From contig JBJEGD010000022.1 in the NCBI GenBank assembly GCA_051874735.1, positions 402 to 64,401 of the forward strand: DNA of 64,000 nt, read 5' to 3'. Below are positions 9,204-19,138 of the stretch, piece by piece. The notes beneath the pieces are model-generated. The model worked only from the letters and a program-made list of their open reading frames with translations, was not told the origin of the DNA and did not search any database. A program made the translations under genes and the position numbers. The stretch is from Candidatus Bruticola sp. (GTDB taxonomy: Bacteria; Vulcanimicrobiota; Xenobia; Xenobiales; Xenobiaceae). How positions within the stretch are numbered: the first letter of the stretch is position 1; each line of letters starts with the position of its first letter.

Positions 9204-10469
9204 CTAAGCTTCTTCATTCTTAGTGATGTCGTTCAGTTTCTCTTTGCCCATTTTGGAGGCTAAGATCTCACCAATGGAGTTGCCACTTCCACGCTCATCG
9301 TGGGAAACGCGTCTGCTGCTGTTGTTCTCGGTAGAACGGGCAGCGGGCTGCTGAAGACGCTTGATAGACAAGGTCATACGGCGTTTTTCGCGATCGAGGT
9401 CGATAATCTCAGCTTCAACTTCCTGTTCGGGCTTAAGGACGTCGGAAGGACGATTTACGTGAGAACGATCCATCTCGCTGACAGGGATAAGCCCCTCTAC
9501 ACCAGGCATAACCTCAATGAAAGCATACTTACTGGCTAAGCGAGTGATGCGGCCCTTCACTATATCGCCTACTTTGTGTTTGTCACAAGCCATTAACCAA
9601 GGATCAGGAGCGGCTTGACGCAAAGATAAGGAAATACGATTAAGTTCAGGATCGACCTTCAAAACGAGAACATCAACCTGCTGACCGGGCTGTACCACGT
9701 CGGCAGGCTGCTTGATGCGGCTCCAGGAAAGCTCGGAGATGTGAACGAGTCCATCCACACCGCCTAAATTAACGAAAGCACCGAAAGGAGTCAAGCGAGC
9801 TACGGTACCACTGACGATACTACCCTCAGTCAGCTTCTTCATAGTCTCTTCTTTGCTCTTGCGGCGGATTTCCTCTTCAGCCTTCTTGCGAGAGAGCACA
9901 ACCTTGCGGCGGCTCTTATCGACTTCGAGAACCTTGAGATTAAGCTCTTCGCCGATGAACTCGGAAAGATCACGAACAGGACGAACGTCGGCGTGCGAGG
10001 CGGGCACGAAACCGCGAATGCCTACGTCGACAATCAAGCCGCCCTTAACCTGCTCAGTACAGGTAGCGGTGATAATCTTGCCCTCTTCCATGGCTTCCAA
10101 GATATCTCTCCAAGCCTTCTCATTATCAGCACGGCGCTTGGAAAGGATCAGATTTCCCTCAGACTCATCAACTTTTTGTACTACAACGTTGATTTTATCT
10201 CCGACCTTGACAACATCCATAGGGGATACGTCGGGGGCGTTGGATACCTGATTGGCGGGAATAAAACCGTCGGTCTTGTAACCTACGTCAACATAAACAC
10301 CGTCGTTATCGACGCGAATGACCTTACCCTCAAGGAAATCATCCTTGGAGATAGGCTTTACATTCTTTTCGTACTCTTCAAGAGCCTGAGCCATATCTTG
10401 GCAGTTCTCTTCGTTAGTTACACTATTCTCTCCAGCGGCTGAAGTGGTAGGTTGAGTCTTGTCGTCCAT
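9204..10469 (-). CDS. rpsA: 30S ribosomal protein S1 (short four-S1-domain type)
   Basis: S1 repeats (VYVDVGYKTDGFIP, RGFVPASH, FGAFVNLGGVDGLVHISELSW, EGLIPVSEM). Start moved to ATG 10469, which has an AAGGGAG RBS upstream. Confidence 0.95.
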   Translation of the reverse strand: MDDKTQPTTSAAGENSVTNEENCQDMAQALEEYEKNVKPISKDDFLEGKVIRVDNDGVYVDVGYKTDGFIPANQVSNAPDVSPMDVVKVGDKINVVVQKVDESEGNLILSKRRADNEKAWRDILEAMEEGKIITATCTEQVKGGLIVDVGIRGFVPASHADVRPVRDLSEFIGEELNLKVLEVDKSRRKVVLSRKKAEEEIRRKSKEETMKKLTEGSIVSGTVARLTPFGAFVNLGGVDGLVHISELSWSRIKQPADVVQPGQQVDVLVLKVDPELNRISLSLRQAAPDPWLMACDKHKVGDIVKGRITRLASKYAFIEVMPGVEGLIPVSEMDRSHVNRPSDVLKPEQEVEAEIIDLDREKRRMTLSIKRLQQPAARSTENNSSRRVSHDERGSGNSIGEILASKMGKEKLNDITKNEEA

Positions 10470-10792
10470 TGTCGTATGTAGCTCCCTTAAATAACCGTTC
10501 ACTCTAACCGCAAAACCCATAAAGATCTTTCGGCTAAATTCCTGGTTCAACCACTTAGGCTGCGCACATTCTACCCAAAAGAATCGTAAGAAGAGCGTCA
10601 AATCCATAGTGTCCGCAGGCGTATATTCGGGGGTGAACAACACCCTATTGTAAAGACACCTATTGTCGGGCGTCCCCAAAAACCGGCGGCACTCAGCAGC
10701 CGGAGCAGTCTGCTCTTTAGAACTGCTCCTGAAACTTCATAAAACAGATAATCTGAGCAGCATCTTGCAAACTTACTTATTACCGCGAAAAG

Positions 10793-10818
10793 TTCTGCTG
10801 TTTTTCGATTACTCCTTC
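10793..10818 (-). promoter_or_regulatory. Putative sigmaH-like promoter upstream of rpsA
   Basis: GAAGGA-N14-GCAGAA on the minus strand fits the Bacillus sigmaH pattern (AGGA...GAA). Similar motifs recur elsewhere in the window. Confidence 0.45.
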
Positions 10819-10852
10819 TATTGTTTGGGCAAGAAAATAACTTTAAAAATAA

Positions 10853-10885
10853 TATGGTCTGAAGTCCCATAGACTTCAGACCGTA
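10853..10885 (-). terminator. Hairpin after the polA-like gene
   Basis: 14-bp near-perfect stem tatggtctgaagtc/gacttcagaccgta with an A-rich flank. Confidence 0.65.
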
Positions 10886-10924
10886 CTGTTTTCTTACCCA
10901 AGCGCTACAGCGACATTCATAACA

Positions 10925-13645
10925 TTAATGAATGCGGTATTCTACACTAAGCGGGACCCCGCCCGCAGCTTCTAGACAAAGCTGGCGGCACTTCTCTGCT
11001 ATTTCATTTTCACGTCCAACCGGCGCATGAACTATAATCATATTTTTACAACACATTGCATATACTTCAGTGCCGAAATTTTCAAAAATTTTTACCAGAG
11101 CTGACCGCACAATATCCATGCATCCGCCTTCTATGGGGAAAGCTCTGGCAAAGCGCTCAGCATTTTCACGAACGTTGTAATTGCGACTTCCAGCTTCGAC
11201 TATACGGCAAACGCGCCCGGACAGAGTGCTGATCTCTTCCATAGCTGTAGCTTTAGCCTGATTGCGCAAAATAAAATTCCAGCTTACAGGGTAAGACTCC
11301 GCAAAGGCACTATCAAACTTATTTAAATATTCCGAAGCTCTCTGGAGACTATCCTCCCCTTCCAATCCTAAACGCCTGGCTAACCAAGCTGGACTAAAGT
11401 AGAACAGTAGCATACTCACAAAGAGATAGCGCACAGAAATACAACTGTTGAGATCGCTGCCAAAAACTTTCTTCATCAGTTCTATCTCTATATCCCGACC
11501 GCTTTGTAAGTCATCAGCTAAAGCCTTGTCCTTAGCTAAATACGCCAAAAAGCGCAACCCCATAGCTGGGAATCTAAGATAAATTAAAAGAGAATTGCCC
11601 TTAGGACGCAAAAAATCATCCATAGCTTTAGCTAAAGTACGGCGAACTGGAACACAGGCCAAGTTATCGATTACGGCCATCATATGTTCCATTAATTCGA
11701 TAATACCGCGCGCCGAAACACGACCCAAAATTTGCAGACGGCGCTCACTGACCAAGGCTAAATTAAACAGATGGCCCCCAATTTTGATCTCCGTCTTCCC
11801 CTCAACCATAAACTTTTGTACAAAGGTGCGCCTGAACTCGGAAAGTTCGCAGTAACAGCGTATTTTTTCCACAATAGGGTTCTGGTCTTGCAACGATTTT
11901 AGCATTTCTGCATTGAGCATAGAACCATTCTTAGGACGCGTAGGAACTAATAGAGCTAGATGATCGAATAGGTAACGACTTAGTTCTTCTTCAGAGTCAA
12001 GATCGAATTCAGGTACATCAGCCTCTGCAAAGAAACTATCACGCGCTTCTTGAAGTTTATTATCAATAAAATCAATAATTTTTTTCGTAAGTTCTTTATC
12101 GCAGCCTAAACCAAAATTGTTGAGTAGCCAATTCATTTTAGCCCAAGGCAACTCGATCGTTTCATATATTTGAACTAGATGCTTAGACTCTATTCTAGAG
12201 TACATCTTTTCACCCAAGGCGATTAGAACATCGGCTATGCGAGCGGTCCAACAGATGCGTCCGCGCATAGGCACATCTGCTAAAACTCCGTGTGCTAAGC
12301 CTAAAATTAAGTTGCGATCGTAAATAGCAAAACCGTAACGGGCACAAATCGATTCAATAGAATGTTCCCAAACATTGAGATCTAAAAGTGATGAGAAGAG
12401 CAAAACGTCTCTGACATTATTCATTTCAGCTTTGTTCTTCATGATTTCATGAATGCCGACTACGTATTTGGCCCGCTTACCGTCACTGAAAATAGGACGT
12501 AGCTTAGCCCATAGTTCTTCTATATCAGGAGCTTTTTCTTCAATAGGCACCTCAATATGCCAACTGGAAAGATCGATATAGACGGGATGTTCTCCCTTGA
12601 GACAGATGGACAGTCCCCAAGGAGCTTTTGTTTTATCGTTCTGGAACCAAACAAAAGCTACATCGGCAGATGAATTTTGAACTTTATCTAAAAATTCGAG
12701 GACCTTCTGGCTAGGCAAAGCACTTTCGGGAATAGCGCATGGAGACTCAACAGCCACATCTTTGTCCATAGCACGCAGAAAGACCTCAGCCCCTTCTAAA
12801 TGGATCTGCTCAAAGATACGTTTGGTCATCTGCACAGGGAAACCTTTGAATTCGCATTCATTCCAATTTATATCTAAAGGCAGATCGCGGCGTATAGTAG
12901 AACGGGACAAGAATTCGAAGGCGTCGTCTCTATTTTCAGAAAGAGGATTGCGCCACTTGGCTGGCAGATGTTCTAAAGAATCGAATAATTCAGTTAAACT
13001 GTTATACTGAGACAGAAGACGCCGAGCTGTTACTTCGCCTATACCTGGAACCCCACCGATATTTTGACTGGAATCACCTGCTAACGCACGTAAATCGGCC
13101 AGCTGTCCAGGGTGTAATCCGTATTTTTTCACCACGAGATCTTCATCGAAAATAACGGAATCAACAATACCGCGCCTCATAGTCATAACTTTTATATGAG
13201 GGGAAACCAGCTGCATCAGCCCTAAGTCGCCGGAGACTATTAAAGTTTCAAAACCGTCACAGTTGGCTTTAGCAGCCAAAGTGCCGATACAGTCATCGGC
13301 TTCAAAACCAGGCAAACGATAAGCTTTTATACCGCAAATATGCACAAAATCTTCAATAATGGGCAGCTGCAGTTCAAAATCGTCCAGCATTTCTCCGCGC
13401 TGTACGTTATAGGTTTGGAACTTCATCAGTGTATCTACCAAAGCTCCGTGATCAAAAGCAACAGCTACATGGGTAGGACGCTCCGATACTATAGTGTTAA
13501 TAACTAGGTTTATGAATCCTAGAATAGCATTAAGCGGAAAACCAAGCTCAGATTTGCGAGCCGGAAGAGCATAAAAAGCCCTGTAAGCCAATCCATTGCC
13601 ATCTATGAGCAATATTTTTTTTGTGTTATTACTTTTACTATTCAC
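10925..13645 (-). CDS. polA: DNA polymerase I homologue with a degenerate polymerase domain
   Basis: 5'-3' exonuclease motifs LIDGNGLAYRAFYA, EADDCIGT and GVPGIGE. The C-terminal part aligns to PolA (TLSGR, AERFARAFPIEGG) but motifs A, B and C lack catalytic residues. The symbol denotes family only. Confidence 0.85.
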   Translation of the reverse strand: MNSKSNNTKKILLIDGNGLAYRAFYALPARKSELGFPLNAILGFINLVINTIVSERPTHVAVAFDHGALVDTLMKFQTYNVQRGEMLDDFELQLPIIEDFVHICGIKAYRLPGFEADDCIGTLAAKANCDGFETLIVSGDLGLMQLVSPHIKVMTMRRGIVDSVIFDEDLVVKKYGLHPGQLADLRALAGDSSQNIGGVPGIGEVTARRLLSQYNSLTELFDSLEHLPAKWRNPLSENRDDAFEFLSRSTIRRDLPLDINWNECEFKGFPVQMTKRIFEQIHLEGAEVFLRAMDKDVAVESPCAIPESALPSQKVLEFLDKVQNSSADVAFVWFQNDKTKAPWGLSICLKGEHPVYIDLSSWHIEVPIEEKAPDIEELWAKLRPIFSDGKRAKYVVGIHEIMKNKAEMNNVRDVLLFSSLLDLNVWEHSIESICARYGFAIYDRNLILGLAHGVLADVPMRGRICWTARIADVLIALGEKMYSRIESKHLVQIYETIELPWAKMNWLLNNFGLGCDKELTKKIIDFIDNKLQEARDSFFAEADVPEFDLDSEEELSRYLFDHLALLVPTRPKNGSMLNAEMLKSLQDQNPIVEKIRCYCELSEFRRTFVQKFMVEGKTEIKIGGHLFNLALVSERRLQILGRVSARGIIELMEHMMAVIDNLACVPVRRTLAKAMDDFLRPKGNSLLIYLRFPAMGLRFLAYLAKDKALADDLQSGRDIEIELMKKVFGSDLNSCISVRYLFVSMLLFYFSPAWLARRLGLEGEDSLQRASEYLNKFDSAFAESYPVSWNFILRNQAKATAMEEISTLSGRVCRIVEAGSRNYNVRENAERFARAFPIEGGCMDIVRSALVKIFENFGTEVYAMCCKNMIIVHAPVGRENEIAEKCRQLCLEAAGGVPLSVEYRIH

Positions 13646-13868
13646 GGGAAGACTCCGATTATATTCTGTTGAAAGACTAACACCTTTTCATGCCGAAATA
13701 TTAAGGCATTGCATCTAAAATTTCGCAGAGAACAAAAAAACGAAAACGGATAATTTTCTTTCGACATCTGCTTAAAAAAACCTACAAAATATGATTTCTA
13801 GCCTTTAATATACAATGAAATAACGCCTTCAAAAGAGCACTATAGTATTCTAGTTCTCCTATGTGCAC

Positions 13869-13916
13869 AAAAAAAATCGATTTACATCCGCTTAGCAGAT
13901 ATAAATCGATTTTTTT
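13869..13916. terminator. Terminator after mgtE
   Basis: Inverted repeat aaaaaaaatcgattta/taaatcgattttttt. Confidence 0.75.
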
Positions 13917-13936
13917 ATTTTGATAAAACTAAATTT

Positions 13937-15265
13937 TCAAGTCATAGATATCAGAAGTCCAGCGACAGTAAAATAAACTATCAATCCGGTGACATCGACA
14001 ACTGTAGCTACAAATGGAGCAGAAGCGCTAGCAGGGTCCAGTTTGCACAAACGAAGCAAAAAAGGCAACATAGAGCCGGCTAAACACCCTAGAGTAACCA
14101 CTCCCAGTAGCGAACAGGCCACAGTCAATCCAAGAAGCATAGGAGAATCACCGTAGATACCGGGATAAAGATACGCCCAAAGCATGACACGAATCATGCC
14201 AACAATGCCTAACAAAATCCCAATAACTACTCCAGCTCCAATCTCCCTAGTCAAAACACTAAACCAATCGCGCATTTTAACTTCACCCATAGCCATAGCC
14301 CGTACCATAAGGGTAGAAGCCTGAGAGCCAGAATTCCCGCCACTGGAAATAATCAAAGGTACAAAAACTGCCAAATACCAAACGGCATCTAACTGTTTTT
14401 CGTATCTGGCCATAGCCGAAGCGGTCAACATTTCGCCGATTAATAATAGCACAAGCCATCCTGCACGCTTCTGAATCAGTTCAATGAAACCAGTACGCAG
14501 ATAGGACTCGTCTAAGGCCTCCATACCACCGTATTTTTGAGCATCTTCAGTACCTTCTTCGCGGATCACTTCTACAACATCATCAGCAGTAATAAGTCCC
14601 TTCATGCAGCCCCGATTATCTACTACTGGCATAGCAGTCAAACTGTAACGGGCAAATAAAGTTCCGACTTCTTCCTGATCCATATCTTCAGGACAAGTTA
14701 CGACATCTTTATCAGCCAGATCGACCACTAAATCGTCAGAGTCCGCCGCCAAAAGAGCATTTATGCCAACTTCACCTATAAGACGCTGCTCGCTGTCCAA
14801 TACATATACATGTTCTAAAGATATGCACTCTTGAGCTTGTATATGCAAATAATTAATAGCGGACTCTACAGTCATAGTAGAACGGACTCTGGCAAAGCGG
14901 GGGTTCATCAAACCTCCAGCATCATCTTCTGCATAGGCCAAAAGAGCACTTACTTTGTCACGCGCTCTAGTGTCGAGAAGTTCCAACCATTCTGCAGCTT
15001 CATCTTCTGGCAGTTCTGAAAGGATATCAGCTATATCGTCGAGATCCAAATAACGCAGCCACGAGCGCCTCTCCGGCAAACTCATAGACTGCAACAAATC
15101 TGCCTGATCGTTGACATTCATGCAATCTAAGAGATCTTCAGCCTCCCCTAGCGGCAGAGTGCGAAAAAGCTCGATGCGTCTTTCGCTCCCTAGACGAGGC
15201 CAATCACTTAGAGTCTGCTCGAACTGTTCTTGTCTCTCCATTTTTTCAGAGTTAGAATCTGCCAC
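13937..15265 (-). CDS. mgtE: Magnesium transporter MgtE
   Basis: Acidic N-domain, CBS pair (AGGLMN), and TM motifs GGNSGSQ and DPASASAPFVATVVDVTGL. Confidence 0.96.
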   Translation of the reverse strand: MADSNSEKMERQEQFEQTLSDWPRLGSERRIELFRTLPLGEAEDLLDCMNVNDQADLLQSMSLPERRSWLRYLDLDDIADILSELPEDEAAEWLELLDTRARDKVSALLAYAEDDAGGLMNPRFARVRSTMTVESAINYLHIQAQECISLEHVYVLDSEQRLIGEVGINALLAADSDDLVVDLADKDVVTCPEDMDQEEVGTLFARYSLTAMPVVDNRGCMKGLITADDVVEVIREEGTEDAQKYGGMEALDESYLRTGFIELIQKRAGWLVLLLIGEMLTASAMARYEKQLDAVWYLAVFVPLIISSGGNSGSQASTLMVRAMAMGEVKMRDWFSVLTREIGAGVVIGILLGIVGMIRVMLWAYLYPGIYGDSPMLLGLTVACSLLGVVTLGCLAGSMLPFLLRLCKLDPASASAPFVATVVDVTGLIVYFTVAGLLISMT

Positions 15266-15268
15266 TGT

Positions 15269-16891
15269 TTACTTGCCTTGTTCTGAAGCAGTTTGGGAGG
15301 CTTCACTTCTTGAAGCGGTGACGGTATCTAACTTTTCGCAAGCCTTAATCCAGTCATAACGCGGATCCTGAGCCAGATTAGCTTCAGTACCATCAGCTAA
15401 ACGTACAAAATAGCCTCCCTGTCCATCCTCATAAATATGGATATCAGCTGCTGGAGCAGTTTCAGAGTCACTGTCAGTGTACAGCTTGTAAGAAGCGATT
15501 TCCTTACTTTGTACATTTTTGTTTACCTTAGAATCAGACAGCTTTTCTTTCCACTGTAAGTCGATCAAATTGTAGAGAAGCCCGTCGGCTATTTCCAGCT
15601 TTTTGCCCTCATTTTCAATAGAAGGAGAGGGCTGGAGAATATTCCACCCGCTCTTAGATCGCTCAGCTACCACCTTATAAGCTCCGCCACTACGTTTGGC
15701 AGGTACCACAACTTCAAACCGCTGAACTTCATTCAACGACATGGAGACCACATGACGATCCACAAATTCAGAGCTGCGCCTGCCCACTAGGAGCTTCATA
15801 ACTTCTTCTAAGCTGGAACACTCTAACTGTAGTCTCTCATCTGGATTCGTACGGGAGGCATAAATAAGATTATTCTCACGAGGAACAGGCTGAGCAAATT
15901 CATAAATGAACGGCTCTTTCTTACCTTCAATTTCGACGGTCAAGCGCGCGTTTACTTTAAAAGGCGTAAGATCATCGTGATAAAGAAACTTTTTAATCTT
16001 CAAGTCTTGAAGAGCCCAGGCGAAAGTGTTACACAAGCGAGTATCGGCCAAAACCTCCTGTTCCCCATTTATCTGGGGATCAGATACATACCACTTAGCC
16101 TCTTTGAGATCGACGCTTTCGTCCATTTCATTTTCAAAACTGCCGTTGTCAGACTGAGATTTTTTATCTCCCCAACCTAAGAAAGAAGACTTCTTTTTTT
16201 CTTCAACTTTAGATTCATTTTTTACTTTAAGCGTAAACGAACTGTGAGGCAGAGAACTATCGCACGATTCATAACGAATAGTACGAATTTTATCTGGCGA
16301 GAAAGCGAACAAATTATGCTCGCGCAGATCGTCTATTAAAGACATAAAAACGGTAATAAAACCTCCAGGCACGGCCAGCACAGGGGCTTGACCTCCGGTA
16401 GTATCTAACCGAGCATAAGATCCACTATCGTCAATAAGCATATTGCCCAAAAGCAAGGTCGCTTTGGCAACTTGACCATTTGGTTCAGCATACTCTACAA
16501 CAAAACGATGTAAAGGTTTATCCAAGCCGTACTGGGCCAAAGATGAAGCTGTAGGATTCTCTACAATAACTTCTTGACGACTCAAATTAGCGACAGTTTC
16601 AGCCAAATCTTTAAGTTGGGCTCCATCAGCCCTAACCTTATATTCCCCCAGTTCAATAGTCCAGCCCACATCCTGACGCACAAAACGACGCACCGTATCA
16701 GGATTAGCAGCGCCATCTGACCAAACCATAGCTTTTATATCTTTGCTTTCAAATTGGGGAAAAACACGGCTAGATAAGCGCTGTTCTTCTCTGCTCTTTT
16801 CAGAACCGCGTATATCATGGAAGTACCAAAATCCGCCCAATAGTATGACTACTATGAGCATTGTGACTACGCTTCGCATATTTTTTTCCAA
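15269..16891 (-). CDS. DUF4340-like exported protein
   Basis: N-terminal anchor, LAQYGLDKP motif, and position downstream of the GldG-like gene. Confidence 0.75.
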   Translation of the reverse strand: MEKNMRSVVTMLIVVILLGGFWYFHDIRGSEKSREEQRLSSRVFPQFESKDIKAMVWSDGAANPDTVRRFVRQDVGWTIELGEYKVRADGAQLKDLAETVANLSRQEVIVENPTASSLAQYGLDKPLHRFVVEYAEPNGQVAKATLLLGNMLIDDSGSYARLDTTGGQAPVLAVPGGFITVFMSLIDDLREHNLFAFSPDKIRTIRYESCDSSLPHSSFTLKVKNESKVEEKKKSSFLGWGDKKSQSDNGSFENEMDESVDLKEAKWYVSDPQINGEQEVLADTRLCNTFAWALQDLKIKKFLYHDDLTPFKVNARLTVEIEGKKEPFIYEFAQPVPRENNLIYASRTNPDERLQLECSSLEEVMKLLVGRRSSEFVDRHVVSMSLNEVQRFEVVVPAKRSGGAYKVVAERSKSGWNILQPSPSIENEGKKLEIADGLLYNLIDLQWKEKLSDSKVNKNVQSKEIASYKLYTDSDSETAPAADIHIYEDGQGGYFVRLADGTEANLAQDPRYDWIKACEKLDTVTASRSEASQTASEQGK

Positions 16892-16897
16892 TCTCAG

Positions 16898-18385
16898 CTA
16901 ATTTTCTCTACCTTTGACCACGGCTAAACCGTAGAAGAAAACGAAACCGGGAATTAACAGGCATAATATAGCTGCCAAGGTCCAGTAAGTTTTCTGAGAA
17001 AGCATCAAAGGCTCGCTGTTTTCATCTTTGGGACGAATAGCCGCAGTGTCGTTACTCCCTCCCAACCAAGAGAACATGTTCATAACCAAATCTTTATTAG
17101 TGAACTGACTAGCGTCAAAAAGTTCATTAGAGAGGAAATCAGCATCACCAGAGAAAATGGCGCGGCATTTCTTTATACGAGATTCTTTGCCCTGTTCAGC
17201 TTTAGGATTATTCTGAGCCGCCTCTCGAGCTAATTCTGCCTTACTTTTGGACACAGAACGCTCAACAGTCTGAATGATAGGCAGCTCCTCGCCCTGACGA
17301 ACAGGAGTCAAGCGTCCACCTTGGCTGCTTTGCAAATTACTTATATCACAAGCCAAAGCTGCGACGTCGCTACTAATCAGTACATTTCTATCTAAAGTAG
17401 GATTTTTATTGCCTTTATTCTGCTCAATCGGACGGATCGTTTTGAAAATACAAGGCAGGCGCATGCCTTTTGTTATAGGATTAGTGAAGCTAAAGACATC
17501 AGTCATCACAAAAATTGGTTCTAAATTGGTGCCCATCTGAGCCATTTTAGGATCTATTACGAGCAAATCGCTAAGCTGCAGACCATAGATGGAGAACAGC
17601 CAATCGTAACCTTTGGGGGTATCCATTTCAGCAGCGAATAAGAGATTGCCGCCGGCATTAAGCCAACTAGATAAAGCTTTCTTTTCATTATCCAAAAGAG
17701 ATACTTTAGGAGCTATAATAGCCAAATTGGAAACCCCTGAAGGAATCTCCTTAGCGTACTTGCCCAGCTTAAGTTCTTCAACATTGTATCCTTCAGCAAG
17801 AAGACTCTTCTTAAGCTTGGAAATCGAAATCACATCTTTATCAAAACCTCGTTCGCCATGACCCTGCAAGAAGTGAATAGTACTCTTATTCTCATCAGTC
17901 ATAGAAATGATCAGACTGGTAACGCCCTCTTCACTGACGTCATAGAGCTTTTCATTCTTGTCATTGTAAACGGCTACTATGTCGCCAACGGCTTTAGCGC
18001 CTTTCTTCTGAGCTTCTATGGGATTTTTACGAGGATCAACGAAAGTATAATTTACATTTCCGTTGCTAATAATTTTGTAGTTGCGAAGTACACTGTCAAT
18101 GCGTGCATGTTCTTCATCGTTAGAATCGGAAATAAAAATGTAAAAATTGATTGGACTTTTTAGTTTTTTAACCGTTTCGACACTAAACGGCGACAAAGTG
18201 AAGCGTTTTTGAGAAGTTAAATCGTAAGTAAAAATATTATTGTTGGATACAACCAACACGAGCATCAGGGCGACTACTGCTAAAAGAACAGCAGCTGCTC
18301 CCTGCATGGCTAAATTCAGCTTATAGTTGTCGTTGCTGTCGCTGGTCTGCTTAGAAGTAGATCCTTCAGTAATTCTTTCGCTCAT
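16898..18385 (-). CDS. GldG-like ABC auxiliary protein
   Basis: DLTSQKRFTLS, FLQGHGE and GDADFLSN motifs; TM helices at both ends. Confidence 0.88.
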   Translation of the reverse strand: MSERITEGSTSKQTSDSNDNYKLNLAMQGAAAVLLAVVALMLVLVVSNNNIFTYDLTSQKRFTLSPFSVETVKKLKSPINFYIFISDSNDEEHARIDSVLRNYKIISNGNVNYTFVDPRKNPIEAQKKGAKAVGDIVAVYNDKNEKLYDVSEEGVTSLIISMTDENKSTIHFLQGHGERGFDKDVISISKLKKSLLAEGYNVEELKLGKYAKEIPSGVSNLAIIAPKVSLLDNEKKALSSWLNAGGNLLFAAEMDTPKGYDWLFSIYGLQLSDLLVIDPKMAQMGTNLEPIFVMTDVFSFTNPITKGMRLPCIFKTIRPIEQNKGNKNPTLDRNVLISSDVAALACDISNLQSSQGGRLTPVRQGEELPIIQTVERSVSKSKAELAREAAQNNPKAEQGKESRIKKCRAIFSGDADFLSNELFDASQFTNKDLVMNMFSWLGGSNDTAAIRPKDENSEPLMLSQKTYWTLAAILCLLIPGFVFFYGLAVVKGREN

Positions 18386-18391
18386 ATCAGC

Positions 18392-19138
18392 TTAACCTTT
18401 CCATTTGCGGCTTTCTAAAAAGCGCACCGTCAAAAACAAGAAAAAGGCGATCAGGGCAAGATAGTAAACTATATCCTGACTATTCAGCACGCCTTTAGCT
18501 AAATTCTCAATGTGACCAAAAATCGAAAGCGGACCAAAAGACTTAGTGTATTCAGCATTTTTATCAGGTATAGCCAAGAACCAGAGGCAGAGCAACAAAC
18601 CGTAATTAAAGGCAGCTGCCGTCAGCTGGCTGTTAGTAACACTGGAAGTAAAAATTCCCATAGCCGACATAGCCCCAGCCATCAATAACAAGGCCAGATA
18701 CCCACTCAGAAGAACCATCCACTCAATAGTGCAATTGACACTCAAATAGAAGAAAGTCAGTGAAGACAGAGCTAACATAATGGAAACTACAACCATAACG
18801 GCAAAAAACTTACCCCAAACGATCTGCCATTCAGAAATAGGATAAGTAAAGAGCAAATCTAAAGTACCTGAACGTTTGTCTTCAGAGAAGGAACGCATAG
18901 TGAGCAGAGGCAGGAAAAACATCATCATAACCCCTACGCTCTGCACCATGGGAGGCACGAAATAAGTATTTATATTGCACGGCATGCCGCCCTGCATAGC
19001 CGAAGCAGACATATCAGCATAAGCCCCCACCCCCAATAGCATAAACATGCCGATAATAAATGCAAAAGCGGCAATAAGTGACCAGGCCAAGAGCGAACCA
19101 AAGTAGGCCTTCATTTCACGATAAAAAATTGCGCCCAT
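18392..19138 (-). CDS. GldF-like ABC-2 permease
   Basis: REMKAYF and PLLTMRSFSEDKRSGTLDLLFT motifs; multiple TM helices. Confidence 0.9.
   Translation of the reverse strand: MGAIFYREMKAYFGSLLAWSLIAAFAFIIGMFMLLGVGAYADMSASAMQGGMPCNINTYFVPPMVQSVGVMMMFFLPLLTMRSFSEDKRSGTLDLLFTYPISEWQIVWGKFFAVMVVVSIMLALSSLTFFYLSVNCTIEWMVLLSGYLALLLMAGAMSAMGIFTSSVTNSQLTAAAFNYGLLLCLWFLAIPDKNAEYTKSFGPLSIFGHIENLAKGVLNSQDIVYYLALIAFFLFLTVRFLESRKWKG

Noticed and set aside
10470-10679. 70-aa N-terminal extension of S1 from the ORF track
   Set aside because: A good RBS precedes ATG 10469, so the upstream frame is more likely leader or promoter sequence.
15265-15269. M-box Mg2+ riboswitch for mgtE
   Set aside because: Only 3 bp separate mgtE from the upstream gene.
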